Shown piece by piece: positions 1 through 13,089 of a DNA stretch of 64,000 nt. A program made the translations under genes and the position numbers. The stretch covers positions 3,906,001-3,970,000 of the forward strand of contig JBHGNT010000002.1 in assembly GCA_043228905.1 (NCBI GenBank), read 5' to 3'. The stretch's first letter is position 1; every line of letters begins with the position of its first letter. The notes under the pieces are model-generated. The model searched no databases. It saw nothing but the letters and a program-made list of their open reading frames with translations, and was not told the origin of the DNA. Origin of the DNA: Azolla caroliniana (Eukaryota > Plantae > Polypodiophyta).

Positions 1-1006
1 TCATTCGAGGGTGGGGTGAAAGCTATCTCGAGTAGGATATCTTATGTGGGTATAATTTCATGGTATGGTGTTTCATTTTTGAAGGTTGGATAAGGTGTTT
101 GCTAGGTTTTCGGTAGTTGGATTATTTTTGTGACAGGTTGAGAGAGTAGATTTCATGATTTAGGAAGTAAAAGAGGAAGTGTGATTAGTGTACTATGATT
201 GTGTGTTTTCTTGCTTAACTTGGATTAGCAGTATATGATACATTTATTTTTGATGTTTTTATTCTTCTTCTGTTGCTCAATAAATAAATATTGTTCTTAG
301 TAGATCTATGTTTCTTAGAACTCTCATTTTATATTGTTGCCTTTTTTCTTCTTTTTTCAGAAAATGTTGCAAGTAATGCGTATATCATGTGTTTTGAACC
401 TCCTAGTTTGTTGCCCTTTTTTTCCATCTTCTCAAATAATGTTTTAGGTAATATAAATGTGATTTGTTTAGCCTCTCAATTTGCTGCTTTATTCTCAAAG
501 AAATGTTGTTTCCTCCTCTGTTTCAGAAATGTTGTTGGCAATTTATATATGATATGTGTATATCATGTGTTTTGAACCTCCTAGTTTGTTAGAACTCTCT
601 GTTTCCTACCTTTATAGAAATGTTGCAGGCTATATGTATATGAAGTTTGTTAAACTTCTTTGCTGATTTTTTCCTCCATTTCTTCAAGCAAAATTGCAGG
701 TAATATTTATATGATGTTTGTTAACCTCTCCGTTTGTTGTTGCATTTTTCCGCTTTTGTTATCAAGAAATGTATTGATGTTTGTTTAGCTTCTCTGTTTG
801 CGGCAAGTATATAAAGTTTGTTGAACATCTTAGTATGTTATGGCGTTTCGTTTTTCTTTCAGGAAATGTTGCAGGCTATGTATATATAAACATTGGTTTA
901 AAACTCTCATTTGTTACCTTCAAGTTTTCAAGAAATGATTTAGGCAATATGTTTGAACATGAAATTTGTTAACTTTCCTATCATTGATGATGTGAGAAAA
1001 CAGCAT
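1..1006 (+). repeat. Segmental duplicate copy A (intron ending at the PurK exon acceptor), homologous to 15527-16663
   Basis: Collinear high-identity match, e.g. GCTCAATAAATAAATATTGTTCTTAGTAGATCTATGTTTCTTAGAACTCTC in both copies. Both end in GAGAAAACAG|CAT and then diverge. Confidence 0.95.
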
Positions 1007-4000
1007 GGAGATATGTAGATCTCCCGTTGGATTATGCGATACCATCATAGGGGTTCTTGGAGGAGGACAACTCGGCAGGATGCTTTGTCAAGCTGCTTCT
1101 TCTATGGGGCTGAAAATAGCTGTTCTTGATCCTGAAAGAGACTGTCCAGCTAGTAGTATTGCATACAAACATATTATTGGTAGCTTTCGAGATACAAGTA
1201 CTGTTCGGAAATTCGTTAAAGAGTAATACTACAGTTTTTATCTCTTTCCTTTTCTTAATGTTTTTAAATATCGGAAGGGGATCCTCATGTATTTCATGTT
1301 GTTTTAAGACACCATGCAATACATGAGCATCCCAGCTTTAAAAGAAAAGAATTGCTTTGTAAACATGAGATTTTAATATGTTTAATGATGTTTTAATGAG
1401 TTTTTTAAAGAAAAAATGGCCCAAAGGTTTTTTAAATATTAGCACAGGAAGATCACGTGTATTGTGGCGTTTTAACTAGTTCCAATAGAGCATCATGTGA
1501 TGCATGAGCATCTCAATATTAAAGAAATTCGTTTTTGGTCAAAATGATTCTTATAAATAAGAATGGGATTTTCATATGTTTCATGGCATCACATCGTTAA
1601 AAGACATTTTATTTTATCCAAATATTTCTAGACAAAAACAAGTGATGTTCATGTATTTTAGATGTTTTAATGGTAGGTGTGGAGTATTGACCGTTGAAAT
1701 TGAGCATGTTGATGTCAACACACTTGAAGAACTTGAAAGAGAGGGTATTGATATCGAACCGAAGCCCTTCACTATACGCATTATTCAGGTGCAACCTCCT
1801 GTGCAAGATCACATATCCTGTTGTGTTCTTAAAGTCTTATGGACCTTTTTAACGTCTCACAGTTTGCAAGAAAGTACTTACAATGATGCAATAATGCAGG
1901 ACAAATATCTTCAGAAGGTACATTTCAAGCAACATGATGTCGCACTGGCTGACTTCCAAAAGGTCTGGATTCACTGCTTAGTTTGGAATAATAATCATTA
2001 CCGCCATTTCGGTGTGGAATGCCGCATTTTAGTTCTCAATGACAATATTTATACTTTACAGATAGAGGATTTACAAAGTGCGGAGGAAGCAGGATCTCTA
2101 TTTGGTTATCCCTTGATGGTGAAGAGCAGATACCTTGCATATGATGGACGTGGAAATGCAGTGGCTCATAGCAAAGGAGACCTACTTCAGGCTATCTCTT
2201 GTAAGCTTTCATGGGAATGTTAAGGTATGTATTCATACATCATTTTTTAAGTTTATAATACTAAAACACCAGGAATGTCTATTACAGCATTAGGAGGATT
2301 CGAGCATGGTCTATACGCAGAAAAATGGGCTCCGTTTGTCAAGGTACAGATCATATTTGATGCATTTGTGTAGAAAATTTTGACCTGATGCAATGAGTGA
2401 GAAACAAGTGCACTCTTTGCACTAGTAGAGTTAACATGTGGTTAATCAGAGTAGGATGAAAGCCATAATATCCAGAATTTCTAGCACAATGCCCACAATA
2501 CAGTACATTCTATTTTCTAGTACAATGCATGGATTTTCTTCAAATTCTCATGCATTTCTAGTTGAGCCGGTGCACTTTGTTTTCATACTTCTTTGGCTGT
2601 TCCTACTTGTCATAAATATTTATAAAATCAGGATTCATTGAATTGCATTCACCATTGCAAGTAGCTATAAATAAATATTAAATTGAAATCATCTCTTATA
2701 TGCAAAGCAAAAATTGTTGATTGTTGATTAGAAATATGTACTTCTTATGACTGTATATACATCATTAGAACAATAATCACGAGACATTTCTTCAATTTTA
2801 TAATTGATTATATTTGTGTGAATCTTAGGAGTTGTCTGTCATGGTAGCAAGGGGAAGAGATGGTAGCTTGGACTGCTTTCCCGTCGTCGAAACCATTCAT
2901 AAGTAAGAGAAATCATTTAATAATATTTATATGCTTTCCTCACTGTGTTTTTTTTCATGTGAATATGTTTGGTTAACTCACTTGCAGAGAGAACATTTGC
3001 CATATTGTTGAGGCTCCTGCACAAATATCTGAAAAGGTGGCTCATACTGCAATTCAAGTAGCAAAGGCAGCAGTAGGATCTCTTAAAGGTGCTGGCATTT
3101 TTGGTGTTGAACTGTTTCTGCTTGCAGATGGGCAGGTACTATAATTGAGCCACATTGGCTCCTTTCTATTTGAACTGAATTTCATATTTGAATTGTGGAA
3201 GAGTTTCCCTATATTTGGTTCTCCTTGAGTACCTACGAGTGCTGCTGCTATTGTCATTAGATGAGTCATGAATAATACTCAAATTGCTCATCTATGTCAA
3301 GGGCTCTCACGAACTGAATGGGGTTACACCTCAATGGGCTTAGGAGTGAGGCCAGACAGTCACGTATTCAATTCCTCAACACGATAGAAATCTAACATTG
3401 TTGTAAGTTCGTCCCAGGTGGGATTTGGCTGAAAATACAGGGTAATAAAGAGATGGCTTACGACTAGGGTAAAACCACCAGATATCGAATGCCAAACCTG
3501 TTCAAAATGCTGAAGTGACCAATAGTTGCATCCATGCGTATCTAGTGTAATGTCTGGTAAAATAAAGTAAAATCTAATGTACCTAACCTAGGTAGCAGAC
3601 CTATATAACTAGGCTGCGACAATGGATACAAGTAATATGTGGCTTATAATGTGTGAAACAAATAAATCTGGGTAGATAGGTCATGGTTGGATCAGACCCT
3701 CAACACTCTCATTGAATGATACCGCATAATGCCAATACTCCTGAGGAATGGTCAATCTCTGGCAATGATTCTCTGCAATGTAAGAGGGTGATGTCTTTTA
3801 TTTGATCATCCAAATTATTTGGGATGTTGGAACAGGTACCAATGTGTCAATTGCACCCTTGTTCAATGCGTTAATGTATTACCAGCGATTTATTGTAATG
3901 TTTCTTAACACCTTTATGGAAAAGAGAGTTTTGCAAAAAATAGAGCGGCAGAGAGATTAATGGTCTTTTTGCAGGTTCTATTGAATGAAGTGGCCCCTCG

Positions 4001-5009
4001 GCCACATAATAGTGGACACTATACTATTGAAGCATCTTATTGTTCCCAGTATGAGCAACATCTTCGTGCTGTCTTGGGGCTTCCATTAGGCCTTTCGGCC
4101 ATGAAAGTTCCTGTAGCAATAATGTACAATCTCCTCGGTGAAGATGATGTATGCTCCATATTTTCTTATATGGTTTTTCAGTGGGTGCATAGAAAGCATT
4201 CATTTTTGTTGCAATCTACAAAAGTTGTATTGAGCATCATTTTTTGTTTTAATTCAGCCACCAGGCGGATAGTGTGGTTTATTTATTTTTGTTTTGTAAG
4301 AGTAATCTTTGTTAGAGGAATGCAATATTGTTGTCCATTGCAGTGCATGTTTTTTCTAAGCTTTTGTGTTTTGTGTTTAGGATAATCTCAAAAAGCATTT
4401 TTTTTCAATTCTTATTATAGGGGGAAGCAGGCTTTGCTATTGCTCAAGAAAAAATGAGAAAAGCTATAAGTATTTCTGGTGCAAGTGTTCACTGGTATGG
4501 GAAACCAGGTTGGTATTCTAGTCTGCTCTATTATTTCTGCGATCTCTTATTGTATACATGTTTGTGTACCACATGAGAAAATATTTGTGATTTTTAATTC
4601 CCAGTTGAATCTCGTTGAATTTTGTCCTCACTGCCCCCTCATTTCTTTTTTTTAAATGTGAGTGATCAAAAGCTTATATTTTTCTACATGTGCCATGCAG
4701 TCTAATTCTTAATGTTTATTTAGCTTGTTTGCCCGTATTGGCCAGGGTGCTGAACTTTTCCTGTTTGAAGTTCCCTTCCATTTTAAAGATTTGTTGTGCT
4801 TTTATCTAGAAATGTTTGCTTGTATTGTACAGAGTTTTGACTTTTCCCTGTTGGATTTTAAACATTACCTTGATATGCATTTGCATCATGCAGAAATGAG
4901 AAAGAAGAGGAAGATGGGTCATATCACTGTCGTGGGCCAATCAGTTCCTGTTGTGAGGAACAAAGTGAAAGCGATTATCGGAAATGAAGCTCCAGATTCC
5001 TGGTCTTGA
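1004..5009 (+). CDS. purK: PurK-only gene (N5-CAIR synthetase, ATP-grasp half of plant AIR carboxylase); 5'-partial, first exon presumably upstream of the window
   Basis: Ten exons join in frame through GT-AG introns: 1004-1222, 1677-1788, 1900-1962, 2062-2200, 2288-2343, 2829-2902, 2988-3135, 3975-4148, 4421-4508, 4894-5009. PurK motifs GVLGGGQLGRM, LTVEIEHV, AYDGRGN, NEVAPRPHNSGH, HWYGKP and RKMGHIT are present. TGA at 5007-5009 follows the PurK domain, with no PurE exons nearby. Confidence 0.93.
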
Positions 5010-5097
5010 GGATACCCAAAAACAGGGAAATTTTCCATTTACGTGCCAGAGTCCATAAAAGATCATTGGATGCATCTCTCTAGACTGCCAATTTCGT

Positions 5098-5483
5098 CAC
5101 ATGCATGACTAACTAACTGCCCACAATGCCATTCATTGTGCTTAGTTGGAGACGAGTGTGTCAACGATGGCTTGGTTGTTCCATTGATGTTGTGGGTTCC
5201 TTTGAAGAAACAACGTACAGAGCAGATCACACATGTCTTCGGACCTATGATTCTTCCACATACGTGACTAACTGATTGCTCACAATGTCATTTGTCGCAA
5301 TTACTTGGAGATTGTGTGACAATGATGGCGTGGATGTGCTGTTGATGCTGTGAATTCCATCAAATAACAACATACATTGTAGATCAAAGTGGTGAGTTTG
5401 CATGGGCGGATCAATCACCGAATGTCATTTGTCAAAATTACTTGGAGATTGCGTGACAATGATAGCCTGGTTGTTCCATTGAT
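5098..5483. repeat. Degenerate tandem repeat, about 160-bp unit, about 2.5 copies
   Basis: AATG(C/T)CATT...TTGGAGA...GATGGC...GTTCCATTGAT-like blocks recur near 5100, 5260 and 5420. Confidence 0.75.
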
Positions 5484-6539
5484 TTAGTATTCCTAAAAGT
5501 TACAAACTCTTTTGTCTATTATACAAGTTTTGTCAAAGTTACAATGCTTGATTGCAGATTTTTTGAGTTTTCATTTGAGGTTGTTTGTAAATATGTAGGA
5601 AATAAGCATATTGCCAAAGTTAATTTAAAGACAAGTGGATGGTGGAGAGGCAAATGCAAGGCCCATGATGTGGCGGTGGTGTGTTGTAGATATGGCTTGG
5701 TGTTCCATCTTGCATTTACAGTTGAAGTATTTATTTGGAGGGTCATGATTGACCCTTTAGAGATGCCTCGAGAAAGCAAACTATTGTTGTTGGAATGTGT
5801 TGCGTGCATTGTTTGCACGATATGACCGTAACATAGTAAGCATTGAACTTCATACTTATCAAAAGCTTATGAAGGCATTGGGAAATTTTTGCATGAATAT
5901 GTAATTAAGTGTTAATTAGCTTCTTCTATGATAGGAGGGTGCTAGTGAGAAATTGACGCGATCCCCACCAGGAAAGTGAGCGGTTGTGATCCCCATTGAA
6001 ATTAGAAGGTGAACAATTGAAATCGGTCCTCGCCAAAGGAAAGTGGAGCCAAACTTAAACCAAAATGAAAATGGAGTGCAAGCAAACAATGATTCGATTC
6101 CCACCAAGAAAGTGAGTAATTGTAACCCCCATCAAAACTGGGAAGGTGAGCGATTGAAATCAATCCTCATGAAAATCGTGATGCAAAACAATACTAGATG
6201 ATGACAGTGACAATGAAGAGGACGGAACAATGATGACAATGAAAGACCATGCAAAGTAATGTTGATAATAATGAAGGTTGGGCGAAGTAGCGTTTGATGA
6301 AGACAACGAGAGCTGTTGAAAATGATGATGTCGAAGATGAGGCAACGAAGATGATGATGAGGTGGAAACAATGACTATGACTATGGTGACGATGGTGTCT
6401 CTAGAAGCAATGACGACTATGACGACAATGTCTCTAAAACCGAGGATGTCGATTATGGTAACTCTGTAAGCAAGGATGGTGATGATGGTAACTCTAGAAG
6501 CAAGGCCGATGACGACAATGGGTGATGCTTCTAGTGTGA

Positions 6540-7546
6540 AGAGTTCCGAGTCAACGGTTGGTGTATTTGTGACAATATTAAGTGTTGGGTCCTTAAGAAA
6601 TACCTTTTGGACACTTTGGTGACATCGATGCTTCTATATGGAGTGAAAGTATGGGGTGGTAGCATCCCTAAATCTACTTGGAAAGAGTTTGAAAATGTCC
6701 AAAACAATTTTCTTACAAATTTTCTATAAGCTAAAAAACAAACACCATACGTCCTTGTCTTCCTTGAGACGGGATCACTTCCCATTGAGATCATGGCCAT
6801 GGAACGGGTTGTTGAATACATGGTTAAGGCTCAAAAAAGTCCCTCACATCGACTTCCTAGAATTGCATGGGAAGTAAGCAAATAGATCCAGCAAAATTTT
6901 GTGTTCTCGTTGGATGCAAGATATAAAAAAGTGGTTTTGGTAGATGGTAGTAACACATTTGCTTCATGATGCATTACTAGATTCCTATGTAAACAAGGCT
7001 TTTTGCAATGCGAATGTATCATGATATAGGAAAAATGTGGAGGCTCACACTTCACACATTATACTACACATGTTGAACCTAACTACAAAATCGTATTCTT
7101 TGCGGAACTGGGAAATCGTACACAACGATACATGTTAGAGCCCATTCTGTTGGTTTCCATTTGAACCATTGTTTCCATGCAACTTAGCTTTCATGCATTG
7201 TGATGTGAGATAGGGCGTTGGTGCACAAGTGATGAGAGTGGTCGACGATGCACACTTTGCCTTAAACAAGTTTGATAGTTTAAGTTAAGTATCACACTTT
7301 GATACAATGTTCTACCTTTAATCATATTCGACCATGCTTTCCACACATCTTTGACCAAACCTAATCCTTGCATTAATTTCTCTCACAACCATAATGTGCA
7401 CTCTCGATTGGAACATTCATTGGTACGATTCTTGAACATCGAGAGTCACTACTCACTTTTACACATATAACGTGAAATGTAATATTTTTAATCTTATAGG
7501 TCATATTTGACCACTAAAGATGATAATATAATCTCTCTCTCTCTCT
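6540..7546 (+). mobile_element. Degraded 3' fragment of a non-LTR retrotransposon (RTE-like) ending in a (CT)n tail
   Basis: Broken reading frame LLYGVKVWG...FENVQNNFL...LETGSLPIE resembles the post-RT region of LINE ORF2. It contains stops and ends in a CT microsatellite at about 7533-7546. Confidence 0.6.
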
Positions 7547-9515
7547 CCCCTTTGGTCCCATCTATGGGTTATCAGAGCCGGAGTTGTATGCGCTTCGTGT
7601 ATACATCGACAAAAACACGACAAAAGGGTTCATTCGCCACTCAAAATCTTTGGTTGGGGCACCAATCTTGTTCATCAAGAACAAGGATGGCTCCTTGTCT
7701 CCATGTGTCGACTATTGAGGACTTAACAAGGTAACGATCCACAATCACTACCCATTACCATTAATTCCAGAGCTCTTGCACCACCTTCGGATCAGACAAG
7801 TGTTCTCAAAAATCGATCTACAAGAGGCTTACAATTTAGTGCATATCTGTTCGGGAGACGAATGGAATATGACATTCCAAAGTCAATATAAGTTGTTCGA
7901 GTATCGTGTCATGCCAATTGGTCTAACCAACGCCCCTACCATATTCCAACACATGATGAATGATATCTTTTGGGAGTATTTTGACCAATTCATGGTGGCC
8001 TATTTAGATGACATTGTCATCTATTCTCTGGATCTCGACACCTATTAGCAACATGTCTGCTTGGTGTTAAGACTTTGGGAACACAATCTTTATGCCAAAT
8101 ATGAAATGTGCACGTTCGATTCAACCTTTTGTGGAATTTCTGGGGTACATTGTGTCCCCCGATGGTATTTCCATGGATCAATGGGAAGTGGCTGCAATTC
8201 AACAATGGAAACCTCCCACCTAGGTAAGAGATGTTCAATGCTTTCTTGGTTTTGCAAATTTTTGTCGTCGATTTATTAGAGGGTTCTCCAGTATTGTGCA
8301 ATTGTTGGTTGCTTTCACTCGTAAGGACCAACCTTTCTATCAGACGTTGGTAGAACAAACTGCATTCATGTTGCTTAAATTTGCCTTTATGACCGCCCCA
8401 ATACTCCTTCACCCCGACCTAATGAAGCCATTCATAGTGGAAACAGATGCGCTAGATTATGCTATCGGCGTTCTCCTCTCAAAGCTTGACAACGATGGGG
8501 TACACCACTCGGTAGCTTATGACTCGTGCAAGTTCACAACTCCTGAAATCAACTACCCAATCTATGACAATGAACTTGCAATCATTATATATGTTTTCGA
8601 GGAATGGAGGCCTCACCTAGCTGGGGCCCACCTAACCGACCACAAAAACCTTCTCTATTTTACTTCTACCCGCACCTTGAATCATCGACAAGCTCAATGG
8701 TCAAATTTCTTGCCTGACTATCACTTCGAAATCACATTTCGTCTAGGACACACATAGCAAAGCTGATGCCCTTTCTAGGTGGCCGATGCTAACACCTTGC
8801 CCCGGGGACAAGGCATACAACCAACAGTCCCAATGTCTGTTGACACCTAGCCAAGTTCAAATCTTCGCAACATATGTACTCCAAGACGAGACCCTCCTTG
8901 TTGAAATCATCACGACCACTTCAATCGATCACTTTGCTCAAGAAATCAATGCATGTTTCGATGACCTAACTCATTGATCACATCGACATGACCTTGAAAA
9001 AGTTTCCTTTCGAGATGGGTTACACCAGGAACAATCTAGTCTACGTCCTGGAAGGGTTGTGCCAAGTTTGCCTCATAACTGAATGCCACAATGGTTCGCT
9101 TGCTGACCATTTTGGGGTCGCCAACACTTTAGAACTGATCTCTCGGACCTATTGTTGGCCCCAACAGTGGAAGCTAGTCAAAGACTTCATCAAGACTTGT
9201 GACATCTGTGCTCGATCCAAAACAACCCATCATCGCCCATATGGACTACTTCGACCTCTCCCACTCCCGGATCAGCCGTGGTCATCCATATCGATGGACT
9301 TGATCATCGACTTGCCACCATCTAAGGGACATGATTGCATCATGGTAGTCGTGGACTGATTTACCAAAATGGCGCATTTTATACCATGTTCCAAAGTCAT
9401 CTCAAGCCTAGAGACAATGAATCTAATCTTAGCGAATGTTGTGTGCCTCCATGGGTTACATGTTGACATTTTCTTCCATCATGGTGCACCATTTATTTCC
9501 CATTTTTGGAAACGT
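7547..9515 (+). mobile_element. Degraded Ty3/Gypsy pol (RT, RNase H, integrase; Tf1/Tcn1-like)
   Basis: [31 protein letters not shown] (RT); FIVETDALDYAIG, TDHKNL (RNase H); H..HFG...CDIC and WSSISMDLI (integrase). Many stops and frameshifts; cut at 9515 inside integrase. Confidence 0.92.
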
Positions 9516-11080
9516 TGTCGTGGAAATCCACGCGTGCGTGTCGGCTTGGGCGGGACCACGGGGGTCTTTGACTAGGGAGTAAAAGAAGGGATAAAATGGG
9601 AGCTTAACCGAGGCACAAAGCCACAATATGATTACAATCACGGCCATATAGGCCGGACTCAAGCACAACTAGAAAACCTAACCGGATAGGAAGAAGAACT
9701 AAACCGTAATCGAGAGGAAGGAAAATGATATGAAAGGGGAACCTAAAACCGAAACCCTAAAACGAAATAAGGATAAGGTGAAGAAGAAAACCTAACGGTC
9801 TACCTCTAGCGACAAAATGACGACCCCTTCAATGGTGACCCTGGTGGTCCTGTCGTGGATCCTACACGTACTCATGGAATACTGGGACAATGGTCTGCCT
9901 TTTCCTTCCTTAGCTTCTTCCCTTGAGAAGTCTTCAAGCACCACTGGCCAAAATCCGGTGTCGGTTCTAGAGCCAATGCTCTTCTCTTTGCCGACACGAA
10001 TGCCAGTCGGCGCCGAGTAATGGACGGTCTCTACGTGACGCGCCACAGTCTCATCCATCAGTATTTTCATCCCTCCTCAACCGATGTTCATCTCGAGGGG
10101 CTTGCGTGTCTCGCTTGCATGTACCTGACCGTTCCATAGGTACATGACATTGCTCTTAAGTGCGTCGGTGAAGTCAGCACACTCCTTTCGAATGTGATCG
10201 ATAACATCTCAACTCTTCAAGAGCCGCGCTCCCGGATGACCCTTCAACCACGTTGGTCGGAATTGGGCCCGGCTCGAGCCGTCTTCTTGTCTCATTCGAT
10301 AGAGCTGGAATCTCCTCCGCCATCCTTCTCGCAGCCAAGCCGATCGACGATGACCCCTCATCATTCCAATCCCTCCGTTTGTCGAAACAACTGCATATTC
10401 TCTTAACTACAACCCAATCGGTTGTGAGGCCGTCGTCTGTCTCGAGGAGGAGACCTACCTTTTTGCGATCACGCGAGTCTATCGATTTTATGAAAAGAAA
10501 GACCTTGCTCGTATTGAGCACGGTTCATTCCAACGCCGAAAGACAGTGCAAACCGCTTCTTAAATTCCTAGAGAAGCGTTGAGGTGTTCCTTCCTTTTTT
10601 GGGGCTCTTGACCCACTCCATGAGCCCCCATTTCGACATTCGGAGCGAGTCGTTGATGTCGTACCTCTTGAGGATTTGCTCCTCGAACTCCGACCAGTTA
10701 CGAAAGTTGGCTTTTATTTAAAGCACCTTCGCGTGGATGCTCAGCGTGATGACTTGGGGAAATCTGGAAAGCCGCATGTCCTCTAGGATGTCCCACATTA
10801 GCATTTCAGCCTTATAGGCCTCCAAGTAGCATGCCACGTCTTTACCATTAAATCGGTCTGTTGTGCCGACTATCGTTTCAATAGCCTTGTCGAGGCCACC
10901 CGCGCTTTCCCAAGCATTCACCAAGCGATCGACAAACACCGCCATCGTTTCCGCAAGCTTGCTTCCCCTCATCTCGACTCCTTTGGCGCCTCTTTCACGT
11001 CGGGTTCACCAAAGATGTCATAGTATTCCGCATGTACGTGTCAGAATGAGACAAGACCACCAGGGACTTGGACCAAGGAG

Positions 11081-11137
<57 letters not shown>

Positions 11138-12079
11138 CCGGTTCGACCACTAGATATCTTCGCAGGCAAATGGGACCTCACATGTAATCTGATCCGGACC
11201 AATTACAGGATTCCGAATAATGAGCACATGGTGTCGAAGAAATCCTGGGGTATGCGTTGAAACAAGGTGGAACCACCGGAATCTCGGACAAAGGAGCCGA
11301 CAAGGGAAGAGAGGTTGTTAGGATATCTTCGCCAGAGCGTGGTCTGGACACATATCCGATCCGGACCAGTCTCCGGATGCAGGATGGTGAGCACACGAGC
11401 TTAGACACGAGTACTGTTCCAAACTTGTTGCTTGTAGCAAGCGGCGAGCACATGGACTCGGGACTCAGACAAACGCGTAGGCAGATGGGAATAGAATGGA
11501 GATGCGAACCCAACACAGAGAGACCAATTGGATACAACAAAAACGAAATGGCATTAACAGGGAAGAGGGATACAACCGGACTCGGCCGGTGACAGAGCTT
11601 CGAGCTTCCCACACTCACACACACAGACGGTAATGAGCCTTCGATCGGGAGCACACAGGCTACCAGAGCGAAACGGAGGCCTCATAACACAATGATAGAA
11701 AATAGAGAACTGAAATCTTTAGAGCTCGGTCCAGTAGCACTTCGTTCTCCAAAATCGTGGATACCTCTCTAAGTCTTCTCTCCCCTTTTTATATCTCAAG
11801 GAGAGAGAGGGGAGTCGTTACATCAGGCCGTTAAGACGGTCGCTTTCAATCCTTGATTCTCTCCTCAATCTCCTCCGGTCAATTACATTTATTCCCGTAT
11901 TTATTTGGCCATAAAGTACCTATTAAATCACTCCTACGTAGTATTCATTAACACTCAAACTAACACTATGATACTTACACATGTTTGTACATAAAGACTA
12001 GTTGGTGTGCATTCGTGTACACCCCTGTTCATGCGAACCCGACTCCCTTTTCTCCATATGGCCGGAATCCTTCATGACA
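9516..12079 (-). mobile_element. LTR-retrotransposon-derived element carrying a decayed gag only, bounded by TG...CA termini
   Basis: Termini TGTCGTGGA (9516) and TTCATGACA (12079) form an imperfect inverted repeat. Gag-like fragments lie on the minus strand at 10972-9792 (DRFNGKDVACYLEAY, KVFLFIKSID, partial knuckle HIRKEC). There is a TATA-like TATAAAAAGGGG on the minus strand near 11790 and (GA)n at 11085-11131. No clean TSD. Confidence 0.65.
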
Positions 12080-12082
12080 ACG

Positions 12083-12350
12083 GGCTCGGAGACTCGGATA
12101 TGCACGTAAGCAAGAGGAAGCGGAGGTGAGAATGTGGATAGAAACAGAGAGACGCACAACACCATAGAGAAATACGGAAAGATAATCGATTAAATTTGTA
12201 ATAGAGGGAGATACACTTGGAGTCTATTGGTAACAAAGCTTCCAGCTCTTAACACACCCACGTAGGCACTAGTGAGCCTCTGATCGGGAGCACACGGGCT
12301 TCCAACGCAAACAAAGGCTTCTAAATGTGTAGATCGATAAAGAACTGATA
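12083..12350 (-). mobile_element. Diverged partial copy of the non-coding part of the 9516-12079 element
   Basis: GAGCC...GATCGGGAGCACAC(A/G)GGCT occurs at about 11635 and about 12275, with collinear similarity to about 11455-11720. Confidence 0.6.
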
Positions 12351-12424
12351 GTGAAGCGTACACCAAGGACCTAAAAAATTATTGTTCGATTGTGAATTTA
12401 TTTTTCATTTTGAGAATTTATGTG

Positions 12425-12810
12425 AAAATATAGTTGTATTTTGGTAGTTTAGTCGAAATTGTAGGGGTATTGTGGTAATCTACAACAATATAGGGTATTA
12501 TGGTAACTTACAATGGGGTTTTGATGGTAATTTATAGGAAAATGTATGGGATATATTATGCTAAATTATATGAAAATGAAGGGGAATTTGGGTAATTTAC
12601 AAAAATGTAGAGGCAGGATATAAGAAAAATAGGGATATTCTGGTAAATTATGCAAAATGTGGGGGCATTTGGAAAATTTACAGAAAATATAGGGATATCC
12701 TGGCAATTTATATGACAATGCAGCGGTATTTTGGTAATTTATACAAAAAATGTAGGAGCATTCTGGTAGTTTTACAAACGTATATAGGGGGCATTTTGGT
12801 AATTTACACG
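12425..12810. repeat. Minisatellite, about 31-bp unit, about 13 degenerate copies
   Basis: Consensus approximately AAAATGTAGGGGTATTTTGGTAATTTACA(G), repeated head to tail. Confidence 0.85.
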
Positions 12811-13089
12811 AATTGTTGTTTCGGAAAAAGGAGAAAGAACGAAGTAATCTAGGGCTCGGACGGCCCTAAAGTGGTTTGGGGGAATCTTAGACGATCAGGG
12901 CCGTCCACATAATTAATATTTACATAAATAATATAAAACCGGAAATAAAACAGAGAAATATAGAAAAGAAAAAAACTAAACGAGAAAAAGAAAAACTAAA
13001 AATAAAAAAAGAAAAAAGAAGAAGAGAGAGAGAGAGAGAGAGGGAGAAAGAAAGAAAGAAGAAAGAAAGATATATTAACGTCTTCTAAG

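Noticed and set aside
1005-1007. ATG at 1005 as the true PurK start
   Set aside because: It directly follows a CAG acceptor shared with the duplicate copy, and the upstream 1 kb is homologous to the PurE gene's intron 1. A transit-peptide exon upstream of the window is more likely, though this start is not excluded.
1576-2223. 215-aa ORF as a single PurK exon
   Set aside because: It reads through two stop-free introns (1789-1899, 1963-2061) whose lengths are multiples of 3. They have canonical GT-AG ends and interrupt conserved PurK sequence.
3295-3705. Possible solo LTR in a PurK intron (TGTCAAGGG...CCCTCAACA)
   Set aside because: The termini are suggestive, but the flanks give no matching TSD and there is no second copy in the window.
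12425-12810. CRISPR-like array
   Set aside because: The units are contiguous and degenerate with no unique spacers, the context is eukaryotic, and there are no cas genes. The same applies to 63769-64000.
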